NCBI GenBank assembly: GCA_027923505.1
Contig: BROI01000006.1
Span: 496,001 to 560,000, forward strand
From: Mayamaea pseudoterrestris
Taxonomy: Eukaryota
DNA: 64,000 bases
Direction of reading: 5' to 3'
Shown one piece after another: positions 11,789 through 24,479 of this stretch (the stretch's first letter is position 1; every line of letters starts with the position of its first letter). A model generated the notes under the pieces. The model worked only from the letters and a program-made list of their open reading frames with translations. It was not told where the DNA came from and ran no database searches. A program made the translations under genes and the position numbers.

Positions 11789-13074
11789 CTACTTATTAAT
11801 TACCAATTGCTTCTCGAAAAAGCTCGGAGCAAGCTTCACAAAGGCATACTCGTACATGGTGCCAGCAGGCTGCGCCGCTGGAAGAGTGTTTGGTTCCTTG
11901 GCAAAAGGAACGAATCCCTTATTAAAGAATTCTTGGAAAAAGTCATTCAGCTTGACACCAGCAGCTTCTCGGCCATTTGCTGCATGCACTTCAATAAGGA
12001 TTTGTCGAATGTCTACTGATTCATTGATCCAGTCCTTGTAGGATGTCCACTCGCAACCTTCGCAGTCAATTTTGAAAATGTCAATGCGCCTTCCAACGTG
12101 ACCGAGTCGCTGCTGGACTTCCGCCAATGAGTATGTTTCCCATCTATTATGTCCATTTTGTGCGGTATAGGACGACTTGAGCCCCCATGCATGGTAGTGA
12201 CTGATAAAAAGATAGATGTACAAAACAGTCAGCCCCATAAATTCTCAGTTGCGCGATGCAATGCTGAAAAATGACTGCCAAAACGCACTGACTCACATAT
12301 TCTTCGTCTCCACGTCGTCTGGCCGAGCAAGTTTTGGATTTGGATCGAAAACATGAATCTCGCAATGTTTGTTTCCGACAATTTCGTTGAGACCGTCTTC
12401 GAACATGTAGTTTCCAGCCGATCCTACAGAGTAAACTAAACAATCATTTCGCTTCTGCAACCGATGTGGATCACATGTCCTGCACCAAACAATGAATTGA
12501 CGAAACGTGAGAATACGGGCGCAAATGGACATTCACCTGTAACATTGTCTGCAAGAACGTACCATTTGGGGCCGTCTCCGCGACCTCCTACGCGTCGTCG
12601 GTGGGGACAGTTAAAAATTGGGTCAACATTAGCGAACATCCACACAGCCATTGACGTTTTACTATCGCCCGGTTCTTCAAACATGGCTTTGATATGTTGC
12701 GGAAGCTCAGATGGATCTGGGTCGGTTGGCCCAGATGGAGGGCGAAAAAAGATGTCTTCAGCGTGATAGCTGTTGCGAAGCTGCATCCAGTCGGACTCGG
12801 AGATGTCATCGAAGAAGCCTAAGCTTTCGCGAAAAGCAAGATCGAATGACTTCGCATTGTATGAGTCTGCGCTTGAGGTCACATCAGTTGAAAGCTTGAC
12901 AGCAGTAGTAGTCTTGCGAATTGTTGGTGAAGCTGCAGAATTAGCATCACATTCCGACTTGAATCCAAACAAGGAGCCTCCAGTCAGCAGCACGAGAGCA
13001 GCCACCGGAAATAGCAATCGACTATTCGCTCCCAGCGTCCATCCCTTTGCTTCGGAAACATTCGAGACTGTCAT
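11789..13074 (-). CDS. Type II membrane methyltransferase-domain protein (Methyltransf_22/METTL24/FkbM-like); 3 exons: 13074-12563, 12479-12297, 12200-11789
   Basis: Motifs CPHRRRVGGRGDGPKW|TCDP, CLVYSVGS..NYMFE, CEIHVFDP, IDIFKIDCEGCEW and QILIEVH, plus an N-terminal TM segment. GT-AG introns join the frames. Confidence 0.8.
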
Positions 13075-13321
13075 CGCAGCGTGCTAATTGTTTCTTTATG
13101 ATGAGCATCGATGAAAGTTTTGGAGAGTCACAACTTGTCGTTGGTTGATGCATCGCCAAATGGCACAAGCGCGTATGAAAGCTTCATTAAAACTTACAGT
13201 CGGACCGGTACCGGTACACAAACACTTCTTCGTAGAGCTCCGTACAACCTCCGCTGCGCCCATGATCGCGCAGCTCTCACAGTCAAGCATCACAAGCAGC
13301 ACATCATTGAGGCAAAACAAC

Positions 13322-15031
13322 ATGTCTCTCGCGCCAGAGAATCCTTCCATTGAACCACTACTTCGATCACGTTCTCCACCGCGACATGCCTTTCGTTTTC
13401 GAAACGACGCCGCTTCCGTGAGAACCTCCAGCCCAACGAATCTAAACATTGGTGTCACGACGCCGGAGCCTCGTCCACCGGCAGGTGCTAGTCGAGTTGC
13501 TGGACCCGAGACGGCGTCTCATCGCTTCCTGCTACAGCAATTTCTTGGACGAACATATGGGACCAATTATAAGATTTACATCTGGATAATTCTCCAAGCC
13601 GTCTGCGTCGGTTTTGCAGCGGTACTGGTGCTTGGACTCGTCACGCTATCTCAAAATCTCTGGCTTGATTTAAACTACTCCTTCATGCCACCGACCAAAG
13701 GACAGTTCAACTGGATGTACGTTACAGGCATGGGAGGTTTCATGGCAGGTCTGTTCTTACTCATTCCCGGTGCGCCAGCTGTTAACGGCTACGACTCATT
13801 TACGCGAATGCTTGTCAAGCTAGAGGCAAACTCTTCGGAAAGTATTCCAATGCTACTAGCAAGTTGCGTCGTATTGTCATGCGGGGCTCCTCTCGGCCCT
13901 GAAGTTGCGCTTGTCGCCGTTGCAAGCTGCATATCAAGCTTTCTCGCAAGCTGGATACATAATGCTCGCTCGAAAGCAATCCTCCTGTTAACCAGCTTGT
14001 CGGCTGTCTTTGGATCAATCTTGGGGCCCTTCATTCCACTAGTATTGGTGCATGAGTTAGCAGTGACGGGACGGCCAGACAAACTAACAATTGACAGTGT
14101 CATTGCGGAACAGGTCTTGGAGGATGAAGCAGAAGGCCGCCGCACTGGCATTGCGTTGCAGCCCCATACGCACGACCATCTTGAAAGCCTTACTCTACAA
14201 CTCGTTTCATCCTTGATTGTTGCCTGGATCACGCGCTCCATTGCGCCGACGTTGGCGCCAATGATTGACTTTTCGCAAAGCGACAAGCGCGACACGGAGT
14301 TTTGGCACTACGGAGTTGCAGTCTTGCTTGGACTTTTGTGCGGGATGGTGGGCCTTTGCATACTGACGTTATATGCGCTGGTATGCACAGTTCGACGCAA
14401 GTCCTGCAAGTGGCTGCGACGCCGTGGGATTCCGCTCTGGGCGACGCTGCTTTTGTTTACAACGTTAGCTGGTATCCTTCATGGCTTGTTAGCAGTTTGG
14501 TGCCCATACTCGTCCACGATGGGATTGCAGCTAATACAGGGGTCGTGGGAAGCTGCTCAGAATCGGGAGAGTCTTTTGAACGCTCGGGACTTTTGCTTCA
14601 CTGCGATTGCTCGCTCCGTTGGTCTTGCAGTGACACTTGGCTGTGGCTTTCTTGGGGGGATGATTATTCCCTTGTTTGTGATTGGTGGCTGCATTGGATT
14701 TTCTCTTGTTGTGTCTATCCATTGGTTACCCATGTCGCTAGTCGTACCATGCTGCTTGGCAGCTTGCCCAGTCTCGCTGTGTCCAATACCATTGACTGCA
14801 ACAATTGGAGTTGCTCTAATGCTGGGATGCTCAATGGAGCAGTCAACGGCAATTTTGATTGCCTGTCTATCTTCATGGATGTTGACGGGGGGAGATGGCG
14901 TCGTTCGTTCTGTTGCCGAGTGGACCATAGGATTGGAAGGGGCTCTTGTGGACGATGATAGCTTTCTTGATGAACCATCCGATGATGATATTATACGGAA
15001 TGTTCGTGAAACTATTTTTGGCGAGCCCTAG
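13322..15031 (+). CDS. ClC-family chloride channel/transporter (YfeO-like, no CBS domains); start codon uncertain
   Basis: About 10-12 hydrophobic helices, GAPLGPE (gating Glu motif) and GFLGGMIIP (GxxxP motif). The frame is open from 13145; ATG 13322 was chosen as the likely start. Confidence 0.8.
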   Translation: MSLAPENPSIEPLLRSRSPPRHAFRFRNDAASVRTSSPTNLNIGVTTPEPRPPAGASRVAGPETASHRFLLQQFLGRTYGTNYKIYIWIILQAVCVGFAAVLVLGLVTLSQNLWLDLNYSFMPPTKGQFNWMYVTGMGGFMAGLFLLIPGAPAVNGYDSFTRMLVKLEANSSESIPMLLASCVVLSCGAPLGPEVALVAVASCISSFLASWIHNARSKAILLLTSLSAVFGSILGPFIPLVLVHELAVTGRPDKLTIDSVIAEQVLEDEAEGRRTGIALQPHTHDHLESLTLQLVSSLIVAWITRSIAPTLAPMIDFSQSDKRDTEFWHYGVAVLLGLLCGMVGLCILTLYALVCTVRRKSCKWLRRRGIPLWATLLLFTTLAGILHGLLAVWCPYSSTMGLQLIQGSWEAAQNRESLLNARDFCFTAIARSVGLAVTLGCGFLGGMIIPLFVIGGCIGFSLVVSIHWLPMSLVVPCCLAACPVSLCPIPLTATIGVALMLGCSMEQSTAILIACLSSWMLTGGDGVVRSVAEWTIGLEGALVDDDSFLDEPSDDDIIRNVRETIFGEP

Positions 15032-15513
15032 ACCCTCTTGCGACCTGCTCGACTTCTGTTCATTAATCGTTTTCGGTGAAAGCCTTGGAAAAGAAATCAC
15101 CCATGACGACTAGAATAGCTTAAGTATCACTCCCAGTAAACTGCAATGTCGCGACAAACGTAATGCTTCCCGCCACGATGCGCCAAAGAAATGCCTTGAC
15201 GACGCTACGAATTGTCGTTTCCGAAACGGAGCCACCGTCCGGCAATTCAGCCACTTGCGACGCTGCCAAGTATCCTTCTTCTGCGATAGTTTACTTGGCG
15301 TTCCCTCATATTGGCTAAGCTTTGCCATGGCTTCTTCTCGATGGTTAGATAGTATGTACGCACGTGCAATATATTCAATGCATCTCTTGGTGTACTATAA
15401 GATAAAATATTGTTGTGCGGATCACTAATTCTTATCGCTTAGTTAATTTTATAAACAAAATTGTGCGTTGCGATCGCTGTGACTCTTGGAAAAGTGCGAG
15501 GAGGTCATGCATC

Positions 15514-16764
15514 TTAACATTGAAGATGGTTATCACGAGTTCTTGTACAATTTCGACCAAGAATGCTTGCCAACGTATCCTCGACGACAAGTCCTGAGTT
15601 TATAATGACGGCATTTCGGGGTGCCGTGTGGCAGTCTTGGGCCCAAACAACATTGCCTGGCCGTGCCCGAAGCAAGCAGAGAGTCGGATGTCTTGTCACG
15701 TGAAATCCATTTTCTAATATCGCCGGTAAAATTTCGTTAGCGACAAACCTTTCCGGATGCATAGACCAACCGTATTCTCTTGGTATGTGCAGAGTCGCAT
15801 TCGCATGGCTATCCATGCGACCAAACCTCCCCGTAGCCCACGTTACGACAGCGTCCCGAGGCCCGTAAATTAACCTGTCATTGACAGGGTATGAAGCAAA
15901 GTAAGGAATAACAACCTCATTGTTGCCGATATCTATACCTCCATCGGCTTTGAGAAAAATGTCGATCGGTGTCATATACACAACGTCTGAACGCATCATG
16001 GCGACGCGCGAATACTTGAAATCGTACATTAGCTCGTGCTCTTCCATAAGGCTCCAAACCGATTGTATACTGTGCCACATTTTGATAATCTAAAAGGATC
16101 GAGAAAGACAATTTTAGTGATGACTGCTGGTGGCTGCATCTGCACTCTCAATCGATGAATCGCTACATACGTTATCAACAGTACCAGGGAATAGGTAACT
16201 TGGCTCAATCCAAGGAAAATAGAGGTACTTGCCCTGGGGATCCCTGACATGGCGAATTTTTTGAAGCGTCTCGTTGCGCCTCGTTTGAAACTCGTCGTCT
16301 GTGTCAGCAATGAATGCCACAAGGGGCGGCCTCGGAGCTCCTGCGGAAGCATTAAGTATGTATTCTCGAATGTCGAAGATTTCCATTGGACTTATTTGTC
16401 CTCCTTGCATGCCTATCCGGCCTTTTGGTTCGAACGTTACATTATAGTAATGAATGTAGTAGTCGCAAGTGTGATTGGCGTTGATGTTGATGACATTTCG
16501 GATGACTGAAGGCAGAACCAGATCTTTGAATGCGCGAGGAAGACCATAAAAGTTGATTGCGCAACGATTTTCTTTGTAAATAGACTGGACATCTATTATT
16601 GCGGTGTTACTAGTAGATTCATTTGCACTGAAGGTGCCCCAAACTGATTGAAGCCAATCTTGTTTTGACTCCGAAATGATCCAATAAATGCTATTGAAAA
16701 TGATAGAGCTTATTAACAGTACATTGCACCTTCTGTTGCTGTATCTTGAGGCTCCAATGTTCAT
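15514..16764 (-). CDS. Uncharacterised type II membrane protein, glycosyltransferase-like; 2 exons: 16764-16171, 16089-15514
   Basis: N-terminal TM segment; CAINFYGLPRAFKDLVLP, DYYIHY, RVAMMRSDV, VNDRLIYGP. Clear paralogue at 30074-31697. The function is inferred only. Confidence 0.75.
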
Positions 16765-17043
16765 GATGCAGAGTTTATGTTGTCTCGAGGCATCGACTGC
16801 CGCAATTCTTTCGTCTGGTCATGATATTGTGGGCCCCTCTATTCGGCACCTCGTCGTCGCTGCAGGTCATCGCGATTTTGTTCAAGGATCGTGGTTGTTG
16901 CGACATCATCCGGTACTAAAATTTAGTTAGGTTGGTTTTCTCGCACGGGACAGTGTGAATCTGAATCATCTCTATACATAAGATGCTAAGATCAAGATTA
17001 GTAATATAAAGATGTGACACTACATACTCGTCTCGTACAAAAA

Positions 17044-18529
17044 TTATTCCTCTGATGCTTCATCCGGCAACAGCTGTCCATCCGCCGCCGCCTTGAGAAC
17101 GAACGATGTCAATCCCCTTCCGTCAATGAACGGAATTTGTAGGCCTTTCAAACCATCCGGCATGTTGACATACACGTCGGTGAGTAAAGCATGCGGCGAA
17201 AGGTGATATGACCACGAGTACATTGGCCGGGTGGCCGCGTTGGAATTGCGCGCCCAGTACTTGTCGTCCAACTTTGTCAAGATACCAAGAGCCGCGAGTA
17301 CATTTCCAACGTCGTACAAGCGACGAATCTTGGTCTTTAGTCCCTTGTATGCCAATGAAGCAAGTTGCTTGGCATCCTCCGGCAGTGTGATAGTTTTGCA
17401 CACCAAGGCGGCAAGCTCATGCTGCGTCCAGGTTCGTCCGGTAATCTTGTCCGAAGCATCGGCAAGCGAAACAGCTTCGTTGCCAACCAAAAAGACCTGC
17501 AGAAACTGCTGCGACAGGCGGGAGAGCGACTTGGCGTCCGTTGTCGAGCCCGCGGCAGTTGTAGACGAAGCTTGTTCGGGAACTCGTTTCGTCTTTGGAA
17601 TCTTCAATCCATTTCGTGCGGCGTCGTATGGATGCGTGAGAAGAGCTTCCTGCTGCAGCAGAGCTAGCATTTGCGGTAAATGCTCGGATGTTAACCAAAC
17701 GTATGTATTCTTTGCATGCTTGGTGACCATGTAGACTGACTCGAGAATGTTAATGACATCGTAAATGCGCCGACGCTCCACCTCGAGACTTTTGGCAAGC
17801 TCGTCCACAAGAATAACCGTTCCCGCTGGCTGTTTGGACAAGTGGTCGGTTATAACGACGGCGAGAGCCCCAAGCGACTTGCGTTTGCGATCGTAAACGG
17901 CTTCAGAGGAGCTTGCAGCTGTCGCATCAGCAACGCTTCCATCAGCAGCAACATTTGGAGCTGACATGCCATTCACCACGGCAGACCGCGGCTTCTTGCT
18001 AGGAGTCGGAGTCACTAGAGAGTGATCCGCCGGATGTGTCTGCTTGAGCGGACCATTGGAACTTGGATCAATGGAGGGACGAGCAATCGTAAATGAAGCA
18101 GCTAATTCTGCACCCGACGGACGACGTTCCTGGATTGAAAGGTTGGAATCAGTGACCGCAAACATGTAGCATGATTAACGGACTTGCTTGAAACCTTGTA
18201 CATACCTGTGGAACCGCAAACTCGTCAACTTCTTCTTCTCGCTGATGAGGATGCTGCTGATCATCTTCCGCTGTCAATGACAATCCAAAGTCTCCATTGA
18301 AGTCAACCGAAAAATGATGCTCATTATGAGCGAAGAATGCAGCAGCAGACTCATCGGGTTCCGATTTCTCGGCCGATCCACTCAAGACGCTTTGCGAAAA
18401 GGACGAAAGTGTTGCAGCGGCGAGCGATCGAGGGGAAAAGAGTGATGGAGCAGCTGCATCACCACCCGGCATGTCGGACGCCGACGAATCCTTGTTATTC
18501 AAGGGCGTTCCATTCATTGTTTCCGTCAT
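17044..18529 (-). CDS. DEL: Atypical E2F (DP-E2F-like/E2F7-8 type) with two DNA-binding domains; 2 exons: 18529-18206, 18129-17044
   Basis: DBD1 is YDRKRKSLG...VERRRIYDVINILES..W and DBD2 is KSLSRLSQQFLQVFL...KTKIRRLYDVGNVLAALGIL. No dimerisation or Rb-binding domain is evident. Confidence 0.9.
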
Positions 18530-18670
18530 TTGCAACTTTGCAGCTTTCGTAGCAGACAAAACTGTATATTAACAGGTTTGCAATGTATTTTATAATAAAA
18601 CAATGCTGCAAGGACGGAATTGTTTGAGTGTCGCTTGCTCGGCTGCGTGAAATCACAAGAATGTGCCAAT

Positions 18671-18704
18671 GGCGCGCCCCGGCAGGCGCGGCGCGCGCCA
18701 AATC
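18671..18704 (-). promoter_or_regulatory. Putative E2F-binding elements upstream of the DEL gene
   Basis: TTTGGCGCGC on the minus strand (18702-18693) matches TTTSSCGC, with an extra GGCGCGCC at 18671-18678. These lie about 150-170 bp upstream of the ATG. Confidence 0.5.
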
Positions 18705-19544
18705 CAAACGGCGCATTGCCGGTCTGACTCGGCAGTCACGGAATCTGGAATGTCCAACGCAAGGAACTTGGATCCAGTCGATTCCACACAAGCTGCCGCC
18801 AACAGCCGCGACTTTTCTCACCTTCTCTTGATCCCGTCAATATCTCGCCTTTGACTATCACACGATTATGAGCGGACCACCTGTGACTACCTTTTGGAGA
18901 CTCGCTGGCATGACTTATCTGCAGGTGAGAGAGTGTAGGCGCGATCAAAGTTTATGGTCGAAGTCATCGCAAAGGCAAAGGCTTTTTTCTCTCTCTCTCG
19001 GCGACGAAGGAATAAAGCGACACTTGTCTGTAAAGCTGTTTAAAGTACTAACGGGTTTTGTCTTTAACTTCGCAGTACATTAATCGAGCTGCCGGAGCCA
19101 TGCGACATGCGCTCAAGGAACCGGCCAAGTCAAAGGCGCTTGAGCAGGAAACCTTTCACTACAAGACGGCTCTTTGGAACGCAGGTACGCAAGCGCCAAA
19201 GCGAGACATTACAAGTCTCAGTGACTTGACACCAAAGTAAATATGTTGTTGAATGATTTTTGGAGCTGCTTCCAAAGTTCTCAAGGTTGATTTCAGCTAC
19301 ATGATTTCGATTGACAAAACTACTTATGAAATCAAAAGATAAATAGCTTAGTTACTTTATACGGTTATGATTCTATGATTCTATTCTACATGATTTAAAG
19401 GACATACATTCTTCGCAACAACACTTATACCAGTAGATAATTGGCTTGGCTGAAACTTAGCGCGAGACCTCCAGCACACCACCAAACTCGCACTGCACCA
19501 ATCACCCCGAGCATTTCAAACACAAACACCATCATCAAGACTCC

Positions 19545-22500
19545 TTATCCAGCATCTCCTCCGAGCCCGTGCAAGTCAGTGGTCCATCCGACCGTAGGAA
19601 TGTTGTAAAACTCCCCAATGTGACGAGGCGCAAAGCATCCATCGTCCATGCCGCGGGCAAAGCATTCGGCTAGCTGAATGGCGCACTTAACGTCGGTGAT
19701 CAACGACACACCAAAGTCGACCACGGCGCGACGAAGAATGTAGCCACTCGTCACCTCCTCCTTGCGGCTCGAACCTTCACTCAAGTTGAGCACCAGATCA
19801 ATCATGCCATTCTTAATGACATGGAGCGCCGTGCCTTCCTCATGGTCCATTTCGCTCTCCGGCTTTGAGACAATGGTAATGTCAATGTTCAACGTGTCTT
19901 GGTAAAACTTGGCGGTTCCCGGCGTGCCATACAACTTGTAGCCGAGCTTGCTGAACGTCGCGACGGACGAAATCATCTCCTTGCGGAACTTCTCCTCAAA
20001 GATGGACAAGAGGATAGTGCGGTTCTTGTTTGGGAGCTTGAAGCTGGTTGACAACATGCTCTGCAAAAAGGCTTCATGAGTCGTCTCTCCAAAGCAAGCG
20101 ACCTCACCAGTCGACGCCATCTCCACTCCCAGCGTTGGATCAGCGCCACGAAGGCGGGTGAATGAAAAGATTGGCGCCTTGACACAGACGTAATCAATAT
20201 CGAGCAAGGAAATCTTGTACGGCTCCGCGTCCAGTCCCAACATGGCGCGAGTCGCCAGCGAGATAAAGTTGTGGTTGAGTGTCTTGCTGACAAACGGAAA
20301 GGTTCGGCTCGCTCGAAGGTTGCATTCAATCACCTGCACCTCATTCAGCTTGGCCATGAACTGAATATTGAATGGTCCAGTGATGCGCAAGCTCTTGGCG
20401 ATCGCAGCCGCATATCGCTTCACTTGCCGAATGGTGCTCACATACAGCTTCTGCGCCGGCAGAATGACGGTTGCATCGCCACTATGCACACCCGCATTTT
20501 CCAAGTGCTCGCCAATGGCGTAGTTCAAGATTGTTCCCTTGTTGGCCACCGCATCAAACTCAATTTCCTTTACATTGACCATGAACTTTGTCACGACAAC
20601 CGGCTTGTCGTTACCAACGTCCGTCGCTAGCGTCAAAAACGTGCGGAGCTGTTCCTCGTTTGCAGCGACACGCATGGCCGCTCCCGAGAGAACAAAACTT
20701 GGCCGTACAAGAACCGGAAAGCCAACCTTGTTGGCGAAAACAACGGCTTCGTCAGCCGATGTCAACACCGACCACGGCGGTTGCATAATGCCAAGTCTGT
20801 CAAGCATGTCGGAGAACTGGCGACGATCCTCTGCGCGCTCAATGTCCTGAGCCTGAGTACCTAAAATCTTGGCACCCATTGAAGAAAGTGGATCGGCAAG
20901 ATTGTTGGGAATCTGTCCTCCCACCGAGACAATGACACCCGCAGCACCTTCCCGTTCATAAATGTCCATGACACGCTCCAGACTGAGCTCCTCAAAGTAA
21001 AGTCGGTCGCTCTCGTCAAAATCAGTACTGACGGTCTCAGGGTTGTAGTTAATAATGATACTCTTGAAACCATCTCGGCGCAACTGACGAATGCATGAGA
21101 CTGCGCACCAATCAAATTCGACTGAGCTACCGATACTGTACGCTCCGCAGCCCAGGACGATAACTCCCTGCTCCTTGTACTGAGCCTGTTCCATCTGCGC
21201 CAAAGCGCGGGCTTGGCGACGGTGCTCTTGCGTCTTGCCATCGTCTGAATCAATCGTGTTGGAGCGCGGACGAGTGAATCGAGGCGAGAGCTCACGGGTG
21301 TGCTTTGAGAGCGGAATGTCGTCAGCATTACCCGAGTAGGTGACGTAAAGGTAATTCGTCTGGGCAGGGAACTCAGCTGCAAGAGTATCAATAAGTTTCA
21401 CGACGGGCGTAACGCCAAGAGACTTTCGGACGCTTCGAATTAACGCTTCGCCTTCCAAGCCCGAAGGAAGATTAACATATCGTGCGATCTGATACATAGA
21501 AAAAGAGTTAGATGCAGCGATGGCAAAATTTATCATCTTGCGAAACATCTGATGCTTACCTGTCGATCACTGAAGCCAGCAACCTTCAACTCTCGCATTC
21601 GATCCTTGCCATTGGTAGCAACAAGATCATCCACATTGCCAATGGACTTGACAGCTGCACGCATCTCGGCAATCCTCTTGAGCTTGCAAAGAAACCAGCG
21701 ATCAATCTTCGTCAGTTCATACACCTTGTCGACAGACCAGCCCACCTCGAACGCTTTTTGAACTGCAAACAGCCTCGTATCTGTCGGAGTTTTCAGCTGA
21801 CTTTCCAAATCCATCGTCTCAACTATCATGTTCGAGTCTTCGCCTTCAAGACCGTCGAGTGAAGGGTTAACCATGCGGCAAGCTTTTTGAATCACTTCTT
21901 CGAAGGTTCGACCGATGGCCATCACCTCACCGACACTCAACATGGAAGACCCAAGTGTGTTACTAACCCGGGCAAACTTCTTTAAATCCCAACGTGGCAT
22001 TTTGAGAACACAGTAGTCAAGACTTGGCTCAAAGCAAGCTGTAGTTGTCTTCGTCACCGAGTTGCGAATCGAGACCAGATCCTTGCCAAGCGAAATCTTC
22101 GTAGCAACGTAGGCAAGCGGATACCCCGTGGCTTTGGACGCAAGAGCAGATGATCGAGACAGCCGCGCATTGACTTCGATGATACAGTATCGCTCGCTTT
22201 CCGGATGGAGCGCATATTGAATGTTGCACTCTCCGACGATGCCAAGATGCCGAACCACTTTAATCGCCGTGCGTCGGAGCATAAAGTACTCTCTGTTTGT
22301 CAATGTCTGCGAAGGAGCCACGACAATGGAGTCTCCGGTATGGATACCAAGTGGATCAAAGTTCTCCATGTTACAAACTGTGATGCAGTTATCACTGGAG
22401 TCGCGGACAACCTCATACTCGAGCTCTTTCCATCCGCGCAAATCCTGGTCAATGAGAATTTGCTTTGACGTCGAAAATGCCTTGGCCGCAAGCTCACGAA

Positions 22501-24479
22501 ATTCTTCATCGTTCTCTGCAAAGCCAGAGCCTAAACCACCAAGGGCAAAAGCAGCTCGGATCAAAACCGGGTAACCGATCTTGTTTGCCGCTTCCATTGC
22601 TTCCTCCATCGACGTCGCGCTGTATGATAACGCAATGGTTTCGTCAATCTCCTTCAGCTTCTGACTGAAAATCTCTCTGTCTTCAGTCGCTTCGATGACA
22701 TCAATAGGTGTTCCAAGCACCTCGACACCTTCAGCTTGCAACTCACCCGACTTCCACAAGTGGACACCTACGTTCAAGGCGGTTTGGCCTCCCATGCTGA
22801 CAATAATTCCATCCGGCTTTTCCTTTCGGATGATATCCATGACAGTGTCCGGCTTGATTGGAAGAAAATAGACGCGGTCGGCCGAGCGAATCTGCTTCTC
22901 CTCCTTATCCTGCGAAGTCTGCACCGTAGCAATGTTCGGGTTGATCAAAATGACTTCAATTCCCTCCTCCTTTAACGCCTTGATGCACTGGCTTCCAGAA
23001 TAATCAAACTCTCCGGCTTGCCCGATGCTCAAACCGCCGCTACCAACAAGCAACACCTTCTTGTAAATCTTGACTCCATATCTCAAGCCGTCTTGAAGAA
23101 CAATCGGCTGCGACTCCTTGCGGACATGTCCGACAAAGCGTTCAAACAAAAAGGCAGTATCGCATGGGCCACCACACGCCTCGGGATGAAACTGCACACT
23201 AAAGAACGGCTTGTGCTTGTGAATGATACCTTCGTTCGTCAAGTCATTAGCGTTCAAAAAGAGCGGCTTCCAACCATCCGGAAGCGTGGCCGGGTCAACG
23301 GCGTAACCGTGATTCTGCGGCGTAATGTAGCAGCGACCCGTCCGAAGGTCAATGCACGGCTGATTCATGCCGCGATTTCCGTACTTGAGCTTAAACGTCT
23401 TGGCACCAGCAGCAAGGGCGAGTAGCTGATTTCCCAAGCAAATACCAAAAATGGGCCTGGCTGGCTCCATGTTCAAAGCAAACTTGATTGACTGAATCGT
23501 TTCAGGGCACATGGTTGGATCGCCTGGTCCATTAGAAAGGAAAAGCCCCTCCCATTCCAAGTTTTCTGGATTCGCTTCGAGATCGTAATTGTACGGAACC
23601 AATGCAAGCTCAACCTTGTACGTATGCACCAAGTAGCGAATGATGTTGTACTTCATTCCGCAATCATATCCAATAATCTTGGGCGAGTTTCCCTTGCCGT
23701 AAATGACAACCTTCTTTGTGGAAACTTCAGCGACCAAGTTCCGCTTGTTTGGATCTTCGACAAGGTCCATGGGAACCGTAGAAAGGATCTCTTTGGGATT
23801 CTGTCGAGAGATGAAGCACATTGTGAGCGTACGTTGTAGTCGTCACGCTCACTACCTGCATATCCAGCAGCACTTACAATCTCCATTCGTCCAAGAATAG
23901 ACCCGTGCTCTCGTAGCTTCTTAGTAAGTTCTCTCGTATCAACATTGTGCATGGCAGGAACGTTTCGCTCTTTCAGCCAATCGCCCAAACTCTTCATGGC
24001 GGCCCAATGCGAATGTTGCCACGAGTAGCTCGAAACAACCAAACCAGCAATGTGAATCTCCGAACTCTCAAAAAAGTCGGGAAGTCCATGAACATCCTTG
24101 ATACTTTCGTCCGGAACTCCATAGTTGCCAATCAATGGATACGTCAGTACCAAGATTTGACCACGATAACTTGGATCCGTCAGGGCCTCGGGATAGCCAA
24201 CCATGCCAGTGTTGAAGACGACTTCACCGCTCATGGTTGTGTTTGCGCCAAAGGATTCGCCGAGGATGGGAGGAGAGCCATCGGCAAGGTACAAGACGGC
24301 AGGGTCGCCCTGGAAAGGAAGATGCCAAGAGATATAGAGGTGAGTGACATGGAATACATGAAAGCTTGCGGGTTGTCTATCTCGCGCCTCATTGGCCATT
24401 CAACTCTTCACACGACCATACGCTAACGTACCTGCTTGTCGAGACAGCTGAGGTCGACACCTCCGTTGGATCCGTTCAT
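19545..24479 (-). CDS. CPS: Carbamoyl-phosphate synthetase, fused glutaminase + synthetase, stand-alone (no DHOase/ATCase); 4 exons: 24479-24432, 24309-23878, 23800-21560, 21488-19545
   Basis: [36 protein letters not shown] (catalytic Cys), [26 protein letters not shown], duplicated ATP-grasp halves and a C-terminal MGS-like domain. The introns are GT-AG and phase-compatible. An alternative in-frame ATG lies at 24584. Confidence 0.95.

Noticed and set aside
16985..17004. GCTAAGATCAAG..TAGTA resembles the 5' region of U2 snRNA
   Set aside because: Only about 12 nt match. The GTGTAGTA branch-pairing sequence is imperfect, and the flanking U2 stem and Sm site are absent. It lies in an AT-rich 3' UTR region.
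18830..19540. Gap with short ORFs and a small ATTCTATG repeat
   Set aside because: No coding or ncRNA signature found; consistent with the CPS 3' UTR and DEL upstream region.
19545..24479. Possible CAD/URA2 multifunctional gene
   Set aside because: The frame stops after the MGS-like domain, and no dihydroorotase or ATCase motifs follow in 18830-19545.
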